Notes under the pieces: generated by a model | What the model was told of the DNA's origin: nothing | What the model saw: the letters and a program-made list of their open reading frames with translations, nothing else | Databases searched by the model: none | NCBI GenBank assembly: GCA_035371905.1 | Contig: DAORXQ010000002.1 | Location: forward strand, 1 to 50,890 | Source: a bacterium | GTDB lineage: Bacteria; Ratteibacteria; UBA8468; B48-G9; JAFGKM01 | Direction of reading: 5' to 3' | Length of the DNA: 50,890 bases | Part shown: in pieces, positions 35,728-43,298 of the stretch | How positions within the stretch are numbered: position 1 is the first letter of the stretch | Layout of the letters: every line of letters begins with the position of its first letter | Made by a program: the position numbers and the translations under genes

Positions 35728-36476
35728 TTTTTCTCCTTTTCTTCTGAATTTATTTCATTTTTTATTTCTTCTTTTATATTCCCTTGAATATATCCTGATT
35801 CCTTTAGTCCTTCAAGAATATAATCAGCAAGTTTAAGAAGTACTGTTTGAATAGATTTCAATCCATCATCGTTAGCGGGAATAGGATAATCAACACTTTC
35901 AGGATTTCCATTTGTGTCAACTATTCCAACTATTGGAATATTTAATTTTTTACCTTCTTTGATTGCATTTACTTCTCTTTTAACATCCACAACTACCATT
36001 GCACCAGGATATTCTGTCATTTCTCTAATCCCTTCAAACTTCTTTTTTAAATCTTCTTTTTCTTTTTCTAAAAGTTGTATTTCCTTTTTTGTATAAAGGT
36101 TTATTTTACCAGAACTTTCAAGTTTTTCTATTTCTTCTAATCTCTCTATCCTTTTCCTGATTTCATTGAAATTTGTTAAAGTTCCTCCTACCCATCTATA
36201 ATTTACATAGGGCATCTTACAGTTTTCTGCAATTTCCTTTATAACTGTCTGTGCCTGTTTTTTTGTTCCGACAAAAAGGATTTTTTTATTCTGCGAAGCA
36301 ATCTTTTTCAAAAATTCTCCACTTTCTTTAATTTTCTCAATTGTTTTTTCTATGTCAATTATATAAATTCCCTGTCTTTTTCCATAAAGATATGGTTTAA
36401 TTCGTGGGTCAAACTGTCTCGTTGGATGTCCGAAATATACACCCGCTTCAAGTAATTCTTTTATTGTTATTTCCAT
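35724..36476 (-). CDS. rpsB: 30S ribosomal protein S2
   Basis: 250 aa. LLEAGVYFGH, ILFVGTKKQA, RWVGGTLTN and VVDVKRE..AI.E...L.IP motifs. Confidence 0.96.
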   Translation of the reverse strand: MEITIKELLEAGVYFGHPTRQFDPRIKPYLYGKRQGIYIIDIEKTIEKIKESGEFLKKIASQNKKILFVGTKKQAQTVIKEIAENCKMPYVNYRWVGGTLTNFNEIRKRIERLEEIEKLESSGKINLYTKKEIQLLEKEKEDLKKKFEGIREMTEYPGAMVVVDVKREVNAIKEGKKLNIPIVGIVDTNGNPESVDYPIPANDDGLKSIQTVLLKLADYILEGLKESGYIQGNIKEEIKNEINSEEKEKK

Positions 36477-36504
36477 TTTTCTCCTTTCTATTTCATAAGA
36501 GTTA

Positions 36505-36534
36505 ATATTATAAAATTTTTTTATAAATTGTCAA
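36505..36534 (-). promoter_or_regulatory. Candidate promoter for rpsB-tsf
   Basis: On the minus strand: TTGACA (36534-36529), a 17-18 nt spacer, ATAATA/TAATAT (36511-36505), about 30 nt upstream of the rpsB ATG with its aaaggag RBS. Confidence 0.35.
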
Positions 36535-36578
36535 CAAAATTTTTCTTTTTTTTATAATTTTTCATTTCCAACAAAATT

Positions 36579-36607
36579 TTGTCAAATTGACTATTATGTT
36601 ATATACT
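36579..36607 (+). promoter_or_regulatory. Candidate promoter for the CBS/permease pair
   Basis: TTGTCA (36579-36584), a 17-nt spacer, TATACT (36602-36607). The ATG at 36670 is about 60 nt downstream. Confidence 0.3.
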
Positions 36608-36669
36608 AATAATCAAAAATGAATGATAAAAGAAAACTTAATTTAATTATACTATAAAAGAGGAAAAAA

Positions 36670-37122
36670 ATGAAAAAAGTTAAAGATTATATGGACAAGG
36701 ATATCCCGGTTGTTGACAAAAAAACAAATCTAAGTGAAATTTTAAAAATTTTTTCAAATTCTCTTTATAACATTATTCCGGTTATTGATGAAGATAATGT
36801 CCTGTGTGGTATTATTTGTATTGAAGATATCCTTGAAAATCTGATTTTATCTAAAAAAGATGTTGAATTACTTGAAAAGTTCCCTTTTTTTGCAGATGCT
36901 TTTTCAGAAATAACCAGTACTGTTGAATGTATTAGTTCTTTACTTGTTGCTGAAGATGTTATGAACAAAGATGTAATAAAAATAGATGAAAATTCTTCTG
37001 TGATGAAAGCGTTGATATTGATGAGAAAACATCATGTTAATCGTCTTGTTGTTGTGAATGAAAAAGACAATCCTGTTGGCTTTATAACAAGAAATAATAT
37101 TTTAAAAGCAATTGGATGCTAA
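36670..37122 (+). CDS. CBS-pair domain protein (stand-alone)
   Basis: 150 aa. Two CBS motifs (IPVIDEDNVLCGIICIEDIL and LVVVNEKDNPVGFITRNNILK). Confidence 0.85.
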   Translation: MKKVKDYMDKDIPVVDKKTNLSEILKIFSNSLYNIIPVIDEDNVLCGIICIEDILENLILSKKDVELLEKFPFFADAFSEITSTVECISSLLVAEDVMNKDVIKIDENSSVMKALILMRKHHVNRLVVVNEKDNPVGFITRNNILKAIGC

Positions 37123-38426
37123 TGGATACAAAAGCACTTATAAGTTTAATTATTTTTATTGGAACCTATTTTTTTATTGCAATTGAAAAAACACCAAAAG
37201 TTTATGTAGCTTTTGCTGGTGTTATTCTTCTGGTATTATTCAGAGTTTTTAATTTTGATGAAATTCACAATTATATTGATTGGGATACTATTACTTTTTT
37301 ATTCGGGATTTTTTTAGTGGTTAAGGTTATTGAAATATCTGGATTTTTTAATTATTTCTCCTTAAAAATTATAAAAAAATTTGACTATGACCCTTTAAAA
37401 ATTTTTCTGTTTTTTCCATTACTTTCATGGTTTTTATCAGGATTTGTTGATTCAATAACAGTTTTAACTTTTCTTACACCACTTACATATACCCTTTGTA
37501 GATTGTTAAAAACAGAACCTGTGTCTTTAATAATTGCAGAAGTTTGTCTTGCTAATATTGGAGGGTCCGGGACTTTAATAGGAGACCCACCTAATGTTAT
37601 TCTTGGTTCAATGTTTGGTTTCGGTTTTACAAATTTTTTTATACACAATTATATAATTAGTTTTTTATCTGGAATAGGTGCAATTTCCATTTTTTATAGG
37701 ATTAACAGAGAAAAACTTATTAAAAGTAGAAAAAATATAGATAAAAAGATTTTAGAAGAAATAGTTCCCGAAGAAGCAATAGAAGATAAGACACTTGCGA
37801 AATATGGAATGTTGGGTCTTGCAGGAGTTGTTTTTCTGCTTATTTTTAGAGATTTTTTAAAAGAAATTTTCCCATTAAGTATAGGGATTTGTAGTATTCT
37901 TCCCTCTCTCTCCATTCTTTCTTTAAAAGGGAGTCATACAAAATTGAAAAATTTATTAAAGGAAATAGATATTGAGACACTTTTATTTTTTGTTTCTCTT
38001 TTTGCAATTATTGGTTCTCTTGAAAAAACAGAGATTATAAAAAATTTTGCTTTGTCCCTTAAAAAATATTCACAAAATGGAATTAAAATGAATACACTTT
38101 TATTCTGGTTTTCTGCATTTTCAAGTGCTTTTATTGATAATGTTCCTGAGGCAATAAGTATTGGCTATCTTATAAAACATATATCAAATTTTATACCTTA
38201 TAGATTCACTATTTTAATATGGGCTTCAAGTTTAGGACTTGATATGGGCGGAAATTTTACTCCAATAGGAGCAAGTGCAAATGTTGTTGCTTATGGATTT
38301 TTGGAGTCCCATGGTATAAGAGTTGGTTGGAAAAAGTGGATTAAATTAATGTTTTTACCCAATTTTGTTGCTGTAAGTATCAGTTATATTCTTGTGATTT
38401 TAAAATTCATAGCAGGATTTTATTAA
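37116..38426 (+). CDS. ArsB/NhaD superfamily (CitMHS/SLC13-like) anion or ion permease
   Basis: 436 aa, polytopic, with GGSGTLIGDPPNVI and later GGNFTPIGASANVV hairpin-like motifs characteristic of the ArsB/NhaD permease superfamily. Overlaps the CBS gene stop. Confidence 0.8.
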   Translation: MLMDTKALISLIIFIGTYFFIAIEKTPKVYVAFAGVILLVLFRVFNFDEIHNYIDWDTITFLFGIFLVVKVIEISGFFNYFSLKIIKKFDYDPLKIFLFFPLLSWFLSGFVDSITVLTFLTPLTYTLCRLLKTEPVSLIIAEVCLANIGGSGTLIGDPPNVILGSMFGFGFTNFFIHNYIISFLSGIGAISIFYRINREKLIKSRKNIDKKILEEIVPEEAIEDKTLAKYGMLGLAGVVFLLIFRDFLKEIFPLSIGICSILPSLSILSLKGSHTKLKNLLKEIDIETLLFFVSLFAIIGSLEKTEIIKNFALSLKKYSQNGIKMNTLLFWFSAFSSAFIDNVPEAISIGYLIKHISNFIPYRFTILIWASSLGLDMGGNFTPIGASANVVAYGFLESHGIRVGWKKWIKLMFLPNFVAVSISYILVILKFIAGFY

Positions 38427-38436
38427 TTTTTTAATT

Positions 38437-39177
38437 TCAACCAGTTAAGTTTACAATTTCTATATCTCCCCATAAAAAAATTTCTTTTTCTTTTATAATA
38501 ACAATTCCTTCAATAAATACAAAATTTTTCAATTCGGAAATAATAAGTTGTTTATCTATTTTATCTTTAATTAAATTACCGAAATAAGTCGCTGCTCCAT
38601 CTGAAAATGTTGAAGAAGGGGAAATAACTGTAACAGCATCTGCTTTTCCAAAACTTATTGAGTGTCCTAGTTTTCCACTTGAAGTTGCAATTCCATATGG
38701 AATTTCCCTTTTTTTAAGTTTTATTCCTATTTTCATTGAAAAAGGAGAGTTTCCAGCATAGATCCCAACTATAAAATCACTATTCATTTTAGCAAAAATA
38801 TCTCCTCCATTTTCAATAATTATTTCATCAGATTCAGAAATAAACTTTTTTCCTATTATTTCAGATATTGCACCTGCTACTGAAGCCATTGGTCCTGTTT
38901 TTGTTAAAAATGAACTTTCTGACATAAGTTTTATAATTTCCGCATCACTTTTAGCATAAACAGGAGAAAAAGAGAATAAAAAATCAGGGTTCTCTCTAAT
39001 ATAATCTTTCAAAATTTCTCTTTGTTTTTTAACCTCATTAAAAATTTCATTTTTTAGATTTTTTTTAGCCATAACAAGAAGGTCGGTTTCCTCTACCTTA
39101 ACTTCAAATTTCAAAAAATTTTCTCTTTTTACTATACTTCTATAAAATCTTTCCTTTAAGTTTATCTTTTTGTTCAT
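38437..39177 (-). CDS. UPF0280 family protein (ApbE-superfamily fold, COG2122-like)
   Basis: 246 aa. ERFYRS...FEVKVEETDLLV, GPMASVAGAISEIIG, IIENGGDIF, SSGKLGHSISFGKADAVTV, DGAATYFGN: the conserved blocks I associate with UPF0280. Confidence 0.78.
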   Translation of the reverse strand: MNKKINLKERFYRSIVKRENFLKFEVKVEETDLLVMAKKNLKNEIFNEVKKQREILKDYIRENPDFLFSFSPVYAKSDAEIIKLMSESSFLTKTGPMASVAGAISEIIGKKFISESDEIIIENGGDIFAKMNSDFIVGIYAGNSPFSMKIGIKLKKREIPYGIATSSGKLGHSISFGKADAVTVISPSSTFSDGAATYFGNLIKDKIDKQLIISELKNFVFIEGIVIIKEKEIFLWGDIEIVNLTG

Positions 39178-40151
39178 AATAAGAATTTTCTGTAATCTAC
39201 TTTATTCTTTTTCTCTATGATTTTTTTTTCCAGTATATCTCCTTTTAAATTTTTAACAAAACATATATCTTCTTTTTTCAAATAAGAACTATAAATTTCA
39301 AAGATTAAATTTTCAATCTCTCCTTTTATCATACCTATTACATCTGGATTTTTTTCAGAAAAAATTATAAGATCATTTTCATTACAAAAATTCATTATTT
39401 TTGCTGTTTCTCTTTCATCCCTCGTAATAATCAATTTTGTTTTTGGAGAAATCCTGAAATGTCTTCCTATCTGTAGAATATAACAATCATTTAAGTTTAT
39501 ATCACTGGAATGTTCAAATAAATCCTTTAATTTTCTACAAAATCCAGCATCTGTCAGTAAACAACCACCAGAAGGTGTTCCAAAATATTTCAAATTTTTT
39601 ATTTGAGCAAGATAAAGTTGCAATTTTCGTTCTCTTCCTTTGATACCAAGTAAAAGTTCTCTTTGTACAATACCTCTTTTTTCAACTTCTGTAGGTGGTA
39701 AATTTAATGCTGTAAGAGGTCTTAAAAGATTCCCTTTTAATGATGATTTTTCTTCAATGATTTTTAAAGCATTTAAATTTTGTGATTTACCCCTCTGTTC
39801 AAGGACTTCTCCTGTAAATACAAACTCTCCTTTTTCTTTTTCCATAATTTCTTTTGCTTTTTTTAACATGTATATATGACAATCAATGCATGGATTTAAA
39901 TTTTTGCCATATCCAAATTCAGGGTTTTTTACAATTTCAATGTAGTCCTCCTGTGCTTCAATAATTAAAAGTTTAAAATTCATTTCATCGGACAATTTTT
40001 TCAGGTTTTTTATTATCTGTTCTCCAAATTTTGAAATAAAGGGTGTATTTATAAAAATACCTATAATCTCAAAACCCTGTTCTTTTATCATCTGAAGTGC
40101 AAGAACACTATCAAGACCTCCTGATATTAAACCTATCGCTTTTTTTCCCAT
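39174..40151 (-). CDS. PP-loop superfamily ATPase (ThiI/MnmA-like sulfurtransferase-type adenylating enzyme, no THUMP domain)
   Basis: 325 aa. PP-loop LISGGLDS at the N-terminus, CIDCH (CxxC) and a later GGCLLTD cysteine. ATGA overlap with the downstream UPF0280 gene. Confidence 0.78.
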   Translation of the reverse strand: MGKKAIGLISGGLDSVLALQMIKEQGFEIIGIFINTPFISKFGEQIIKNLKKLSDEMNFKLLIIEAQEDYIEIVKNPEFGYGKNLNPCIDCHIYMLKKAKEIMEKEKGEFVFTGEVLEQRGKSQNLNALKIIEEKSSLKGNLLRPLTALNLPPTEVEKRGIVQRELLLGIKGRERKLQLYLAQIKNLKYFGTPSGGCLLTDAGFCRKLKDLFEHSSDINLNDCYILQIGRHFRISPKTKLIITRDERETAKIMNFCNENDLIIFSEKNPDVIGMIKGEIENLIFEIYSSYLKKEDICFVKNLKGDILEKKIIEKKNKVDYRKFLL

Positions 40152-40195
40152 ATTTTTAGTGAATGTTATTCTTTATATATGATATAATTAAATCT

Positions 40196-41254
40196 ATGAG
40201 AAAAGCAATTATAATAACAGGACCTACCGGTGGACATTTTTTTCCTGGTCTTGCAATAGGAGAGAGATTAAAGGATAAGTTTGAAATTAAATTTTTTGTT
40301 CCGAAAAGGGAATATATAGTTAAACATCTTGAAAAAAGGAATTTCACATTTCGTTTTATTCCAACAGCAAGAATTACAAAAAAAAATTTTATTTTTTCCA
40401 CTTTTAAAATTTTTTACCTTATAATTTTTTCAATTATTCTCTTTTTAAAAGAAAAACCACGAATAATAATAGGAACTGGAAGTTATGTATGTGTACCTTT
40501 CATTATTGGGGGTAGAATTTTATGTAAAAAAATAATAATTCATGAGCAAAATTACATACCGGGAAAGACCACAAAAATTTTATCTCCTTTCGTAAACTTT
40601 ATATTACTAACATTTCCTTATAAAAATAAATTACCTTCTAAAAAATGTATTATAACAGGATTTCCATTAATTTCAGAATATAGAGAAAATTATAGAAAAG
40701 AAAAGATAAGAGAAATTTACGGACTTGAAAATATAAAAACAATTTTAATTCTTGGAGGAAGTCAGGGTGCTTCTTTCATAAATAGATTAATCATAAATAA
40801 TCTCAGTTACTTTAAAAAAAAAGGATTTCAACTTGTACACATAGCAGGAAAAGAGAAAGATTTTGTAGAAAAAAAATTTTTTGAGAATAATATAAAGGGA
40901 AAAGTTTATGATTTTTTTTACGAGATGAATAAACTATATTCTGCAGTTGATTATGTTATATGTAGAGCAGGAGCGGGAACTCTTGTAGAAATAGTTGAAA
41001 AGGAAATTCCTGCTTTTTTAATCCCTTATCCATATGCAGGAGGTCATCAGGTCAGAAATGCTGAGTATTTATCAAAAGTTGGTTGTGCTTTTTTTGCTGA
41101 AGAAAAATATATTGAAACTGGGAATTTTGTTGATTTATTTGAAAAGTTTTTACAGGAAAGTTATAAATTAAAGGAAAATTTGAAAAAAATTAAACTTTCT
41201 GATAATGGTAAAATTGAAGAGATTATTTTTACACTTTTTAAGGAGATAACATGA
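40196..41254 (+). CDS. murG: Undecaprenyldiphospho-muramoylpentapeptide beta-N-acetylglucosaminyltransferase
   Basis: MRKAIIITGPTGGHFFPGLAIG matches the canonical MurG N-terminus (GGTGGH.FP). GGSQGA and CRAGAGTLVE motifs. The track start at 40163 adds 11 non-conserved residues. Confidence 0.9.
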   Translation: MRKAIIITGPTGGHFFPGLAIGERLKDKFEIKFFVPKREYIVKHLEKRNFTFRFIPTARITKKNFIFSTFKIFYLIIFSIILFLKEKPRIIIGTGSYVCVPFIIGGRILCKKIIIHEQNYIPGKTTKILSPFVNFILLTFPYKNKLPSKKCIITGFPLISEYRENYRKEKIREIYGLENIKTILILGGSQGASFINRLIINNLSYFKKKGFQLVHIAGKEKDFVEKKFFENNIKGKVYDFFYEMNKLYSAVDYVICRAGAGTLVEIVEKEIPAFLIPYPYAGGHQVRNAEYLSKVGCAFFAEEKYIETGNFVDLFEKFLQESYKLKENLKKIKLSDNGKIEEIIFTLFKEIT

Positions 41255-42630
41255 AAGGATTTATAAAAAACTCAAAAAGAATACATCTCATCGGGATTGG
41301 TGGCATTGGTGTAAGTGGTCTTGCTAAAATTTTACTTCGTTTAAATAAAAAAGTTTCCGGTTCAGATAATAATTATTCACCAATTATTAAAAAACTCAGA
41401 AAATTAGGAATAAAGGTGTACATTGGACAGAATGAAAAAAATATAGATTCAGATATAGACCTTGTTATTTATTCTCAGGCAATTTTACCTGATAATCCTG
41501 AATATAAAAAAGCAAAAGAATTAAATATCCCTGTTTTAAGTTACCCGGAAGCAGTTGGAGAAATAATGGAAGAAAAAAGGGGAATTGTTGTTTCAGGTAC
41601 TCATGGGAAAACAACAACTTCTGCCCTTGTGGTAAATCTTCTAAAGACATTAAATTTATCACCATCTTTTTTAATAGGGGGTGAAATTATAAATGTAGGA
41701 AATTCGGGTGTGGGTGATGGTGAGTTTCTTGTTGTAGAAGGTTGTGAGTATAAAAGATCATTTTTAAATTACCATCCAGAAATTGCTATCATTACAAATA
41801 TTGAAAAAGACCATCTTGATTACTATAAAGACATAAATGATATAAAAAGTGCTTTTTTTCAGTTTTCTCAAAATATTAAATCAGATGGTGTTTTAATTTA
41901 CTGTAATGAAGATAGAAATGTTAAAAGTATTGTTAAAAAACTAAAAATTAAAAAATTATCTTACGGGTTTAATTCAGGAAATATAACATGTGAAGGAGTT
42001 AGAATAAGAGGAAGAAAAACAGAGTTTGAGTGTTTTTTTAATGGGAAAAAACTTGGAAAAGTTAATATAAATCTATGGGGTAAACATAATGTTTTGAATT
42101 CTCTTGCTGCTGTGGGAGTTGGGATTTACCTTGGTTTTTTATGGAAAGAAATAAAAAAAGGACTTGAAAATTTCAAGGGAGTTCACAGGAGATGCGAAAT
42201 TCTTGGAGAAAAATCGGATATTATTGTTATTGATGATTATGGACATCATCCAACTGAGATAAAATCAACACTGAAATGTATAAAACAGGTATTTCCTGAT
42301 AAAAGGTTGATAGTCGTATTTCAACCACATCAATATAGCAGAACAAGATTTTTATTGAAGGACTTTGCAAAATCATTTTCACTTGCAGATAAAATTGTTG
42401 TTCCTGATATATATTTTGTCAGGGATTCATTAATTGAAAAAAAACTTGTTAATGCAGAGATTCTTGTTGAGAAAATAAGAAAAAATGGTAAAAAAGCAAT
42501 TTATCTTCCAACTTTTAGAGAAATAGTAGAATATCTTTATGAAATAAAAAAGAGAGGAGATATAATTTTGACTATAGGTGCAGGTCCTGTAGATAAAGTT
42601 GCAAAAGAATTTTTAAAAAGAATTAAATGA
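41251..42630 (+). CDS. murC: UDP-N-acetylmuramate--L-alanine ligase
   Basis: 459 aa. IHLIGIGGIGVSGLA, GTHGKTTTS P-loop, DDYGHHPTE. ATGA overlap with murG. Confidence 0.93.
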   Translation: MKGFIKNSKRIHLIGIGGIGVSGLAKILLRLNKKVSGSDNNYSPIIKKLRKLGIKVYIGQNEKNIDSDIDLVIYSQAILPDNPEYKKAKELNIPVLSYPEAVGEIMEEKRGIVVSGTHGKTTTSALVVNLLKTLNLSPSFLIGGEIINVGNSGVGDGEFLVVEGCEYKRSFLNYHPEIAIITNIEKDHLDYYKDINDIKSAFFQFSQNIKSDGVLIYCNEDRNVKSIVKKLKIKKLSYGFNSGNITCEGVRIRGRKTEFECFFNGKKLGKVNINLWGKHNVLNSLAAVGVGIYLGFLWKEIKKGLENFKGVHRRCEILGEKSDIIVIDDYGHHPTEIKSTLKCIKQVFPDKRLIVVFQPHQYSRTRFLLKDFAKSFSLADKIVVPDIYFVRDSLIEKKLVNAEILVEKIRKNGKKAIYLPTFREIVEYLYEIKKRGDIILTIGAGPVDKVAKEFLKRIK

Positions 42631-43298
42631 AAAAAATAATTTTAACAAGGGAAGAGATATTAAAAATAGAAAAAGAAACAGTTGAAAAATTTGGTATCAG
42701 CAATTTGATTCTTATGGAAAATGCAGGAAGAGAAAGTTTTTATGTAATAAAAAAAATATTGAAAGATATAAAAAATAGAAAGTTTTTTATTTTGTGTGGT
42801 AAGGGTAATAATGGAGGTGATGGTTTTGTTCTTACAAGATATTTATTTAATAATGGAGCAAATGTTAAAGTTTTTTACCTTGGCAAACCAGAAGATTTTA
42901 CCGATATTTCTTTTTTAAATTTTGAAATATTGAGAAGATTAAAAATTGACACAGAGAGTATAAATGATTTAAAATTAAAAGGGTTGAAAATTGAAAGAAA
43001 GGACGTTTTTATAGATGCTATTTTAGGGATAGGAATAAAAGGTGAAATAAAAGGTGATATGAGAAATGTAATAGAGTTTATAAATAAAAGTTCAATTTAT
43101 ACTGTGTCAATTGATATACCATCAGGGCTTGATGCTGACACAGGTGAAATACACGGTGTTTCTGTTAAAAGTAATATAACAATAAGCATGGGATTTTTAA
43201 AAAAAGGTTTCTTTACTGGTAAAGGACCTGAATATGTAGGAAAAATTAAATTAGTCGATATTGGTTTTCCAAAATACTATTATGAGAAAGATAAGTAA
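42627..43298 (+). CDS. nnrE: NAD(P)H-hydrate epimerase (YjeF N-terminal domain only)
   Basis: 223 aa. LMENAG, CGKGNNGGDGFV, DAILGIGIKGE, DIPSGLDADTG. No fused C-terminal dehydratase domain. Confidence 0.85.
   Translation: MKKIILTREEILKIEKETVEKFGISNLILMENAGRESFYVIKKILKDIKNRKFFILCGKGNNGGDGFVLTRYLFNNGANVKVFYLGKPEDFTDISFLNFEILRRLKIDTESINDLKLKGLKIERKDVFIDAILGIGIKGEIKGDMRNVIEFINKSSIYTVSIDIPSGLDADTGEIHGVSVKSNITISMGFLKKGFFTGKGPEYVGKIKLVDIGFPKYYYEKDK

Noticed and set aside
40156-40401. 81-aa minus-strand ORF across the murG 5' end
   Set aside because: It is antisense to the conserved MurG N-terminus, would overlap the PP-loop gene start region and has no family signal.
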